Origin: Candidatus Bathyarchaeota archaeon
GTDB lineage: Archaea > Thermoproteota > Bathyarchaeia > Bathyarchaeales > Bathycorpusculaceae
NCBI GenBank assembly: GCA_963806535.1
Contig: CAWDYC010000003.1
Location: forward strand, 1-64,000
Length of the DNA stretch: 64,000 bases
Direction of reading: 5' to 3'
Position numbers and translations under genes: made by a program. Of this stretch, positions 20,144 through 29,420 are shown in pieces; position 1 is the stretch's first letter, and the number at the start of each line of letters is the position of its first letter. The notes beneath the pieces were generated by a model, which saw only the letters and a program-made list of their open reading frames with translations, was not told where the DNA came from and did no database searches.

Positions 20144-21733
20144 TTGTCTGTTTTTCTTTGCATTCCGCCAGTTTCTTCTTTAGTTCCATATCCTGCAATT
20201 CCATACTTAACAAGCAGCCTGAGAGCAAATAATCAAAAGGTAAGTACCTTTGATCTAAACATAAAAGCTTTTAACCTAACTCTTTTCCATCAGAGAATAG
20301 ATATCAAACCCGGAGAAATTCTAAGTAAAAGTAACAACACGAAAAGGGCAAAATGGAAAAGAGTTCCTAAAGCAGAGATTTATTCGACCATGCGAGAAGG
20401 CCAAGAAATTTTTGAAGAAATAATGTTACAAGAGGCTTATGATCAATTAGGCTATAACATCTCAAACTTAATGTTCAAAGATATTATCAGCGAAGAATCA
20501 AAGCAGGCAACGTTGTCGGATGTTTGGAAAATTTGTAATGATTGGTTTTTAGAAGTTGCCCACGATTCCAAAGAGCAAAATATAGTGGGATTTCATGTAA
20601 TAAGCCATACTGGTTTGATGTGGAGCATACTTCTGGCACGTAAATTAAAGAAAATTCAGCCCAGAATTTTGACAGTTTTGGGCGGTCCAGCATTCCTCTC
20701 AGCGCAAGAAGTTCTGTCTGTCAATTCAGAAATTGACGTAATAGTTCGAGGGGAGGGCGAGGTCACGATTTCTGAGATAGCTAATTCTTATGACGGTAGT
20801 TTGGAATCAATAAAGGGAATCGATGGAATTTCCTACAGAAATGGTAAAAACGGAATTGTTTCCAATGCTGATCGACAGTTGATTAAGTCTCTTGATGCTT
20901 TGCCTTTTCCCGATTACGATGATTTACCATTACATGAATATCCTCAGAATAAGTTTGGAATGCCTATAATGCCAGTTGTTGGCTCTAGAGGCTGTATTGG
21001 AGATTGTGTTTTTTGTGTTGAAAAACGTTTATGGGGCAACACGTATCGGATGCGGTCACCAGAAAACATCGTATCGGAAATCAAGAATATCAAAGAAAAA
21101 TACGGAACTTCCATCATTCGATTCAATGACAGCTCGATTAATTGTAACATCAAATCGCTAGAAAAACTCTGCGATTTATTGATTGAAGAGAATATCGGAA
21201 TGCAGTGGACGAGCAACGCCAGAATTCGTCCTGAAATGAACAACAAACTGCTTAGGAAAATGCGGCAAGCGGGTTGTATGGGCTTGTGGTTTGGCATAGA
21301 ATCTGGGTCCCAGAGAATTCTGCGTAAAATGAAAAAAGGGTATGATTTGGAAACTGCTAAAAACGTGATCCACGATACTGCAAAAAATGGCATTCGTGTT
21401 CAGATATTTATGATAGTAGATTTTCCGGGAGAAACTCTCAGCGATTTTAACAAGTCTGTTGCTTTCTTAGAGCAAAACCACCAATTTATTGATCAAGTCA
21501 GCGTTTCACGTTTTGGGGTTTTGCCTGATTCAGAAATTTCTCATAACCCCCAAGAATATGGAATTGAGCTGATCAAAGGAAAAACAGGGGTTAATTACAG
21601 TTATTTGTATTCGCCTACGCCCGATAGCTACCGATATGAAAATCTCCGTTCGGTTTGGAACCGCTTAAGCATGGAAAAAACAGCAGGCTCAAAAAGGAAT
21701 TATCTTCCAAAAATAATTGTTCCATATTACTAA
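20144..21733 (+). CDS. Cobalamin-binding radical SAM protein (class B methyltransferase-like)
   Basis: B12-binding domain (VLGGP, VIVRGEGE, LPFPDY), SRGCIGDCVFC, GIESGSQRILRKMKKG, FPGET. Confidence 0.92.
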   Translation: MSVFLCIPPVSSLVPYPAIPYLTSSLRANNQKVSTFDLNIKAFNLTLFHQRIDIKPGEILSKSNNTKRAKWKRVPKAEIYSTMREGQEIFEEIMLQEAYDQLGYNISNLMFKDIISEESKQATLSDVWKICNDWFLEVAHDSKEQNIVGFHVISHTGLMWSILLARKLKKIQPRILTVLGGPAFLSAQEVLSVNSEIDVIVRGEGEVTISEIANSYDGSLESIKGIDGISYRNGKNGIVSNADRQLIKSLDALPFPDYDDLPLHEYPQNKFGMPIMPVVGSRGCIGDCVFCVEKRLWGNTYRMRSPENIVSEIKNIKEKYGTSIIRFNDSSINCNIKSLEKLCDLLIEENIGMQWTSNARIRPEMNNKLLRKMRQAGCMGLWFGIESGSQRILRKMKKGYDLETAKNVIHDTAKNGIRVQIFMIVDFPGETLSDFNKSVAFLEQNHQFIDQVSVSRFGVLPDSEISHNPQEYGIELIKGKTGVNYSYLYSPTPDSYRYENLRSVWNRLSMEKTAGSKRNYLPKIIVPYY

Positions 21734-21784
21734 AAGTTTACTTTCAAGAAAACGTCTCCTAGCTAAGTCTTAATGTTAATCACT

Positions 21785-21850
21785 AAACCCATAAATATTA
21801 TCTTGAGAGATCATAAAGAGAGCAGTGATTGTTTTTGTCAAAAAATAAAT
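21785..21850 (+). promoter_or_regulatory. Duplicated upstream/promoter block (ccataaatattatcttgagagatcataaa), partner 22358-22423
   Basis: Same block directly upstream of precursor B and of the methyltransferase; contains an AT-rich TATA-like ATAAATATT. Confidence 0.6.
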
Positions 21851-22230
21851 TTACACCTAACTCTTCCACAAAAAACCTGACCCCAGCACAAAAGAAACGT
21901 TTAGAGAAAACCTTGGCACAAATGCCACCTATTGAAAAACTGGATCCTGCAGTTTATGCAAAGCTACAGTCATCGATACGTGATGCCGTGGCAAAAACTT
22001 TGCCAGAATATCAGAAGTGGGTAAATTCTTCTTTGATAGCAGCCGATGATTGCCCCCCGCCGGCACCTGTGTGTAGTTCTTGTGGCAACGATTGCCCCAC
22101 GCAGCTTTGTAGTTCATGTGGAAACGACTGCCCAACGCCAAATAGAAAACTGGACGATATGGTTGTTAATGCGGTAAACGAGGCTATAACGGGAGCAATT
22201 CGTCAAGCTTTGAAAGGTCAGTTCAAATAA
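21829..22230 (+). CDS. Candidate RiPP precursor B with internal 7-Cys repeat core
   Basis: DDCPPPAPVCSSCGNDCPTQLCSSCGNDCPTP; leader and follower highly similar to precursor A. Confidence 0.75.
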   Translation: MFLSKNKFTPNSSTKNLTPAQKKRLEKTLAQMPPIEKLDPAVYAKLQSSIRDAVAKTLPEYQKWVNSSLIAADDCPPPAPVCSSCGNDCPTQLCSSCGNDCPTPNRKLDDMVVNAVNEAITGAIRQALKGQFK

Positions 22231-22406
22231 GAGCGGTCAGAAACTAACATTCTCAAAAAATAGTTCACAGAATTACGCCACAAAAAGTAGCAGGTGCTAT
22301 AAAAAAATTGTCCTATGATTACACAAATTTATTTTCAAGAGTCTGTATGCCTTCAAAAAACCATAAATATTATCTTGAGAGATCATAAATAGAGCAGCGA
22401 TTATTT

Positions 22407-23511
22407 TTGCCAAAAAATAAACCAACAACCAAAACCCTCTCTAAAAAACCTACAAAAACCAAAAAGCAAAATCAACACCTGAACGCACCTTCGGAAAAAG
22501 ATCCTCATTTTGAAAAGTTGGATCCAGAAATTTATGCAAAACTGCAATCAACTATCCATGAAGTCATAGAAAAAACGTTGCCAGAGTACAAAGAATGGCT
22601 AAACTCTGCATTTGGCGAAAAAATCATAGGCAATGATTGTTCAAATGAATCCTTGCAGAACATCGACAAGATTGTGGTTTCGGCTGTCAACAAAGCAATG
22701 AAAACAGCAATTCCTCAAGCTTTGAAGGAATATGATGAGCAGCAGGGAATTATGGAAAAATGGTTTAAAATGAAATTTTATGATGACGTTTCAGACATAA
22801 GACCTGAAAGCCGAGCTTACTACAAATATTGTGTAGAAAATTTTGTTACACAATTTTTTACCAGAGAAAAAATATCTGGAAAGAAAATCCTCGATTTTGG
22901 ATGTGGACCAGGATATTTTTCCACGATTTTAGCCCAAACGTGGAGCACACATAACTGGAATTGACAGAAGTGCATTTCTGATTTCGAAAGCAAACGAACT
23001 CAAGCAAAGACTAGAACTTGAAAATGTAGAGTTTTTGCAGGGGGATTTTCTTGATTTTGCAAAAAATATGCCCTCTGAAAAGTTTGACTACATTGTCGCG
23101 ATAGATACGATTGTGAGTTTTGACTATTGTAGACAAACGCATAATCATAAGGATTTCATCCAGGCTTTAAGCGAAATTAGAAGAGTTATGAAAGATGAGG
23201 GTAGATTTTTTATTATTGAGGCGCATCCGTTTTTTGGTCAACTTGCGAAAGGAATAACTTTCTCAAAGGAAGGACATTTTCATGGTCGTTTACCTAATTA
23301 TAAAATAGAGTATAAGGCTAAGGATAATCCGCATCATTGGTTTACCCTTGATGAAATGACGAGTGCTCTTAGCGAGAACTGTTTGGCTATTTGCAGGATT
23401 TATGAGCCTGATCCAAGTGTTGAATTGGAAAAAGAAAATCCTCATTTGTACAGGTTTTACTTGAAGTATCCGCATTTGATTGTATATGAAATATGCAAAG
23501 TGAAAATCTAA
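22407..23511 (+). CDS. Class I SAM-dependent methyltransferase fused to a precursor-like leader/follower scaffold (frameshift near 22935)
   Basis: N-terminal EKLDPEIYAKLQSTI...KTLPEYKEWLNS...IDKIVVSAVNKAMKTAIPQALKE. ILDFGCGPG (motif I) continues after a one-base shift as RGAHITGID...LQGDF...FDYIVA...GRFFIIEAHP. Confidence 0.85.
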
Positions 23512-23677
23512 AAACTTGAACTGCCGATCCACTCTTTTTGTTTTTCAAGAAATTCCTTAACGTTTACCTCAACTAACTCAGAGAGATTGCTATCTATTTG
23601 TTTTGGATATTTCTAAGTAATGTAAGAGAGGAGTCTTCTTCATGGTTCATCGGTCAAATTTACTTCAATAAAATGAT

Positions 23678-23890
23678 TTACTCAATTGTTCGGCGGATAC
23701 CAGCGAATGTATCAAAGTCTTTGTCAAAAGAGTAAACCTTTTGAATTGCCCTTTTTTTCATCAGCACATAAGCAAGAGCAGCGTTAACTCCCACTCTCTG
23801 ATCTTCTGTAACTGATATTGCTTTCAAATAATCATCTTTGATAACCTCGCAGATCAAAATATTTTCACGAAACCAGTTTCACAATCATCT
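23678..23890 (-). pseudogene. vapC: C-terminal fragment of a PIN/VapC toxin
   Basis: Manual translation ...DYLKAISVTEDQRVGVNAALAYVLMKKRAIQKVYSFDKDFDTFAGIRR*. Confidence 0.7.
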
Positions 23891-24047
23891 ATTTCTCTTT
23901 CAGGCTAAGATGAAAAAAATTCAAACCCCGCTTTCTGGCTGAAGCATTCCAAACTTGGAATTTGCATCCGTTCTATATATTGGACAGCCTGTTCTTAGAC
24001 TTAGCATCATATAAAACCGTTGACTCTAGACAATCAGGTGAAAAAAT

Positions 24048-26249
24048 ATGGTTCAGAAAGAAGTCTTGAAGAAAACTAGAACTTATGGTTTAATTGCATT
24101 ACTTTTAGCTATAGTCCTTGTGGCGATGATTTATGCTTATGGAAATACAGGGATTTCTCCTGGAGCACCTCAGCAACCAGGGTCGTCTCAGGGAACATTG
24201 GCTCAGGGGAATTTGGGAACACAAACGGTTGGAACACAAACATCTTTGCAAACTTTTACTTCAATTAATGAACTCAAAAACTTCCTAAACCAAAGCAGCG
24301 GCTCAAACCCGTATAGGTATGCCTTCAACAACGCAGGCACTTATAACGAGTTAGCTCCCATGCCGGTACCCTCAACAGCACCTTCGGCGGCATCTTTAAC
24401 TGCGCAAAGCGCTTCAAATGACTATTCAACAACTAATATCCAAGTTGCCGGCGTCGATGAAGCAGACAAAGTGAAAACCGATGGGCAATACATCTACGTC
24501 ATAGGCAACAATAGCCAAGCTGTTTACATTTTAGATGCCAGCTCTCAAAACCCACAAAACGCCAAAGTTCTTAGCAAAATATTATTTGATAACGGTTATC
24601 CGCAGGGAATTTATCTTAGCGCAGACGGCAACAAACTCGCTGTTCTAGGAAGCAACAATGTACCTTATCAGGTTTATGGGAGGGTTCTTGGGTTATATCC
24701 GGCCAACATGATGTTTCCCAGTTGGACTGCCAGCACAAACTTCGTCTACGTTTATGATGTCTCAAACAAAGCTAATCCGGTACTTTCACGGAACTTCACG
24801 ATGAGCGGCAGCTACGTTAACAGTCGAATGATTGGTAATTATGTTTATGACATAATCTCAGAAAACTCTTATCTTTTAAATGGAACCGTTTTGCTTCCCA
24901 CAGTTTTTTCTGGTCAGCAACCCTCCGCCGTATCGCCCACAAGCATCTACTATGTTAACAATTCGGACGCAAGCTACATGTACACAACCATAGTTGCCTT
25001 AAACATCGAAAACAGTCAGGAACAAGGAGTAAGCACAACTGTCCTTATGGGCAACGCAGGAACAATATACGTTTCCCAAAGCAACATCTACCTAACTGAC
25101 CAAGTAACCACCTATCAACCCGTAAAAACACCTTTAGCCACGCCGTCTCAAACTGGCACAACTATTATGCCAATGCCAATCATTCCCGTGCAGCTTTATT
25201 GGCAGGGAACCGCCATTTACCGCATACAAATCTCAGGGCCATCTCTTACGCTTGCCGCTTCAGGAAACGTTACAGGCACCGTTATGAGCCAGTACTCGAT
25301 GGATGAATACAACGGGTACTTCCGCATAGCCACTAGCTCCTCCGATTACTCCCAAACCAGCTATTCGTCTACGCAACAGAATAACCTGTACATATTAGAC
25401 TCGAATCTGAAGGTCGTGGGAAAAATCGAAAACTTAGCCAGCGGAGAAGAACTGCATTCCGCCCGATTTATAGCTGACCGATGCTACTTAGTCACCTTCA
25501 ACCAAATTGACCCCCTGTTTGTCCTCGACTTAACTCAACCCACAAACCCCATGGTCCTTGGCAACCTAACAATACCTGGATACTCAGATTTCCTGCAGCC
25601 CTACGACGCAACACATCTGATCGGAATCGGTCAAGATGTAAATGCCAGCATTGATGCAAACAAAGTGGAAACTCCAGGTGACGTATATTACACCGCTGTT
25701 TTAGGCTTGAAAGTATCCCTATTCGACGTTAGTAACGTTGCAAACCCGAAGGAAACTTCAAGCATCGTCATAGGCGACAGCGGAACAACTTCAGAAGCCC
25801 TCACTGACCCTAAAGCCATCCTCTTCGATGCATCCAAAAACCTCCTAGTCTTGCCAATTGAACTGTACCTATCAACCAACAGCACGGCAACAACATCGCC
25901 GGGCGCCACAGGTACCGCAGGTAATGGAATAGCCGTTCCAGCCCCCGCGCCAATGATCCCAACAAACACTTATTATCCCCAGTTCGCATGGCAGGGAATA
26001 TACGTATTCAACGTTGACCTCACAAACGGCATCACAATTAAAGGCAACATAACACAGTTAGACAATGCATCAACATATCTCGCCAACCCGTCCCTTGCAA
26101 CAACAGGGTCATACCCGTGGGGAGAAAGCCAATACTTCATTGACCGCTCACTGTACATCGGCAATGTCCTATACACTGTCAGCCAAAGCAGAGTGCAACT
26201 AAACAGTCTAGGCAACTTCACCCTACTAGCTAAAGTAGATCTAAATTAA
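24048..26249 (+). CDS. Membrane-anchored secreted beta-propeller domain protein (Beta_propel family)
   Basis: N-terminal TM helix; YSTTNIQVAGVDEADKVKTDG, SMDEYNGYFRIAT, IDPLFVLDL, IPGYSDFLQP. Confidence 0.9.
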   Translation: MVQKEVLKKTRTYGLIALLLAIVLVAMIYAYGNTGISPGAPQQPGSSQGTLAQGNLGTQTVGTQTSLQTFTSINELKNFLNQSSGSNPYRYAFNNAGTYNELAPMPVPSTAPSAASLTAQSASNDYSTTNIQVAGVDEADKVKTDGQYIYVIGNNSQAVYILDASSQNPQNAKVLSKILFDNGYPQGIYLSADGNKLAVLGSNNVPYQVYGRVLGLYPANMMFPSWTASTNFVYVYDVSNKANPVLSRNFTMSGSYVNSRMIGNYVYDIISENSYLLNGTVLLPTVFSGQQPSAVSPTSIYYVNNSDASYMYTTIVALNIENSQEQGVSTTVLMGNAGTIYVSQSNIYLTDQVTTYQPVKTPLATPSQTGTTIMPMPIIPVQLYWQGTAIYRIQISGPSLTLAASGNVTGTVMSQYSMDEYNGYFRIATSSSDYSQTSYSSTQQNNLYILDSNLKVVGKIENLASGEELHSARFIADRCYLVTFNQIDPLFVLDLTQPTNPMVLGNLTIPGYSDFLQPYDATHLIGIGQDVNASIDANKVETPGDVYYTAVLGLKVSLFDVSNVANPKETSSIVIGDSGTTSEALTDPKAILFDASKNLLVLPIELYLSTNSTATTSPGATGTAGNGIAVPAPAPMIPTNTYYPQFAWQGIYVFNVDLTNGITIKGNITQLDNASTYLANPSLATTGSYPWGESQYFIDRSLYIGNVLYTVSQSRVQLNSLGNFTLLAKVDLN

Positions 26250-26257
26250 TCGTCGTC

Positions 26258-26282
26258 AACTTCTCTCCTTTTTTTATTTTTC
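26258..26282 (+). terminator. Oligo-T archaeal terminator-like tract
   Basis: cttctctcctttttttatttttt directly after the stop codon. Confidence 0.5.
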
Positions 26283-26600
26283 CCTAATAGAAAACTTGGT
26301 TACTACTAACCCATCTTTTTGTTTTTCAAGATATTCCAAAACATTTGTTTCAACTACTTCTAAGGTGCCCCCCATTTTTACTCACAATTGAGTAATCCTT
26401 GAAAATTCCTAGATGACCAGTTAACTGAAGAAACAGAAAGCGTGTTAAAGATCACTCGCGGAGAGAAATAGTTTTCGAAGTGTTACAAACAAATATTGAG
26501 ACATAAGACCTAGTGTATAGATAGAAGACAATTTAAAGCAAATTTTGCTCACAACAAAAGATAAATCACTTGCCTTGATATCAAATAATGAGAGAATTTA

Positions 26601-27086
26601 ATGGGAACAAGAGCTTTTGATTCAATGCTTGCTGGATTTATTCTGATAAGTCTGATTTTTGTGGGCAGCGTCATTTTGCTTATTGATATTCCTATATTTA
26701 ATTCTGTTAGCCAGTTTTCATTGGTGATAGTGGTTTTGGGCCTGTTCCTTGGCTTCGGTTTTGGGTTGTTTGCAGGGAGATGGTTTACTGTGGAGCAGCT
26801 AAGAATGTTAGCATTAAGCAATGAGTTTAAAGGACTTGGCTCAAGAAAAATAGTTATTGCGCTACTGTCGGGGATGACGGTTTTTCTTGTTTTTTCTTTT
26901 TATGTTCTTTATTTCAAAGTTGCGGTCTTGGGAGTCAGTTTAACATACTTTGTAGTATCAGCTACTTTTGCAATGTACATTGTGAGAATGAGGTTGATTA
27001 GTTCGTGGGAGAAGCATGAGGGAAAAATAGTTTTTATGGATTGGAAAAGAATCTATGCTCTTCCAAAGTCTGCTCCAACACAATAG
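26601..27086 (+). CDS. Hypothetical membrane protein (~4 TM)
   Basis: Four hydrophobic segments. Confidence 0.7.
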   Translation: MGTRAFDSMLAGFILISLIFVGSVILLIDIPIFNSVSQFSLVIVVLGLFLGFGFGLFAGRWFTVEQLRMLALSNEFKGLGSRKIVIALLSGMTVFLVFSFYVLYFKVAVLGVSLTYFVVSATFAMYIVRMRLISSWEKHEGKIVFMDWKRIYALPKSAPTQ

Positions 27087-27467
27087 ATCAGTCTTTTAAT
27101 CAAAGTTTTTTGTGAATTGTTTTCTTTTAGTCACAATTATTCCAAATAATAAGGCTAAAACCAAAACTGAGAATATTTTTTTGATATAATCCGATTCTGA
27201 AATATGCCTTTTAAGTCTTAAAGAGGTTTCCTTGTTTGAGGAGAAAGGAGAGCTTTTTAGAAAGGAGAAGAGGGAAAACTCCCTCTATCAATTTTAGTTA
27301 TGTTAGGATTAGCCTATATTTTATGGAATAATGGTTAGGGGAGGAGATTGATGAGGTTATTGGAGACTTGCTCCAAGACTCTTCTCCTAAGCCCTAAACA
27401 ATGAGAATTAAACAAAAAATATCTTTAACACTTATGAATTCAAAATTCACTATTTTTCTTTTGGTAT

Positions 27468-27650
27468 TTAGTTTTCGTCTATGGCTTTTATGATTGCTTT
27501 TAGGATTTCCTGGGTGAGGGTTTCTTCGGATAGGTCATGTCCAGTTGATTTTTTATGTTCAAAAAGATGATTTTTTATTGTTCTATTCATTTCGCGTATA
27601 TCTGGAGTGATTAAAATTTCGAATCCACATGAACAATTGAAAATGGGCAT
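27468..27650 (-). CDS. Small CxC...HxxxH metal-binding protein
   Basis: MPIFNCSCGFEILITPD...NHLFEH; start reassigned to 27650. Confidence 0.65.
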   Translation of the reverse strand: MPIFNCSCGFEILITPDIREMNRTIKNHLFEHKKSTGHDLSEETLTQEILKAIIKAIDEN

Positions 27651-27938
27651 TTTACTACTGTGATTCTTCACAATTATTTTTTCTGTCTCTATTCTGTTCG
27701 CCTGATTTTTGCTAATAAATATCACCCTGGATACTAAGGTACGCTGCTTGTATTCGTTTATCTCAAGATAACATTTTTTGCGAAGCACAATTCACTCTTT
27801 TGAGTAGGATGTTTCGCAAGGCTTGCGAAGGCAGATTAACAAATTTGTTAACTCTACTTCCTACCAAGAAATTTACTGATAACATGTAAATAATACAGGC
27901 TGATAAGGCCTAAGTGAAAATAAAATGAAAAATTGACA

Positions 27939-28205
27939 TTAGTTTTTGCTGGTTGCAACTTTTATTAAAGGTTGGACATTGAAAAACTTTAGAATCTCAG
28001 TGCCTTTTTTTGTGATAGTGTAAGTCACAATGGAGTTGCTGCTTTTTTCTTTAATCATCTTTTGAGCGCTAAAAAATTTCACAGGTTCATTCAATGTGGA
28101 AGGATTTACTTTTAAGAACAATGCCAAGTCATTTACACTTAAAGGTCCGTGCTTATTCACTGTTTTAACAATTTCAACATACAGCTTCAGCTTATTTAGC
28201 GGCAT
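27939..28205 (-). CDS. Winged-helix DNA-binding protein
   Basis: HTH followed by the wing YTITKKGTEIL. Confidence 0.75.
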   Translation of the reverse strand: MPLNKLKLYVEIVKTVNKHGPLSVNDLALFLKVNPSTLNEPVKFFSAQKMIKEKSSNSIVTYTITKKGTEILKFFNVQPLIKVATSKN

Positions 28206-28382
28206 ATCTGAAACCTTTCGTAAATCTTTAAACTTAAGATATATATAAGCTCTTTTATTTGAGTCTTAACCAGACACGCTTTTTTTGTAAAAACGGCATA
28301 TACCGCAGCGTTATCTTTCAATTATAAAGATTGGAAGGCGACATATTTGATTGTTCATAACGGCACATTCCTAAAATGCTTG

Positions 28383-28645
28383 TCATAAAATACCCGGGAT
28401 TACTCCTTCAAGATTATTAGAACTTCTTTTGCTGATTGATATAAGGACTTTTTGTGCTAATAACTCTTCGATGCGGCAATATTCAGCTTCTGCTTTTTCT
28501 GGGTCATTTTCGTTCTTCTCATGGGTTGTGGCGTGTGCCGCGATGCAACGCGCCAATTCATCCAGATCTGGAACTACAAGTAGTTGAAGCCGCATTCACA
28601 AACAACCAGTGGCAACTTTTCATCTGAGCTTGTTATATTAACCAT
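28383..28645 (-). CDS. CxC...HxxxH small protein, paralogue of 27468-27650 (frameshift near 28585)
   Basis: LPLVVCECGF/LLVVPDLDELARCIAAHATTH. Confidence 0.6.
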
Positions 28646-28770
28646 CTCATTCAATTAGCTAAGGTTTCTTCAAGAGAAAAATGAAAATTAATAAAACTAT
28701 CTCCAATCAAAGTTTTTACTTCCAGTAAACAATTTAAAAGAGAAAATAGACTAGATAAACGTGAAAAGAT

Positions 28771-28995
28771 ATGGGTTTTGCAAGGTTTATTGGAAGTATA
28801 GTCCTCGGCATATTAGCAGTTTTATTAGCATTTTTAGGATTTGTAATTCTATTAGGGTTTTTTGGATTTATCCCGTCAAGCTTTGACATCCCATTAGGAA
28901 TAATTGCGTTGATTGCAGCTCTCTTTCTGTTCGTTTACGGATGGTATTCTTACAAATCAGCACAGCCAAAAGGAACAGTAAGAGTGGAAAAATAA
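28771..28995 (+). CDS. Small 2-TM membrane protein
   Basis: Two hydrophobic helices. Confidence 0.65.
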   Translation: MGFARFIGSIVLGILAVLLAFLGFVILLGFFGFIPSSFDIPLGIIALIAALFLFVYGWYSYKSAQPKGTVRVEK

Positions 28996-29154
28996 ATTCA
29001 GCTTTTCTTATGCTTGAAGTATTCCACTTGCCGAAGTCTCTTTTCTGCTTCTTCTCTGGTCTTGTAGGGTCCGCCCAAATTCTTTTCTGTTTTTTCCGAA
29101 AGGACATAGTATCCGTCTTCACGCTTGACAATCATAAGGGATATTCCCTCTAAT

Positions 29155-29240
29155 GTTTAGGTTTCATTGATGCCAAGAGTTCTTCAAGGCGATCGTATGA
29201 TTCATTTATTCCTTCTTCCATACCGCTTTGTAGCATTCTT
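29155..29240 (-). pseudogene. C-terminal remnant of an SRPBCC/AHA1-like protein
   Basis: Manual translation MLQSGMEEGINESYDRLEELLAS. Confidence 0.5.
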
Positions 29241-29420
29241 GTAATCGCAAGTATCAATTCAGATCAAATTAGAAAATAAGAGGTTGCTATCTGCCAGCCT
29301 AAAAAGGTTCTCTGTACGAAAAATATTCAAAAGCGCAAAATGGCCTCGAAGCATCAAAGATATAGCGCATTATTATTTATTATAACGAATATAATATTTT
29401 TGTGGAGGAACTATGACACG

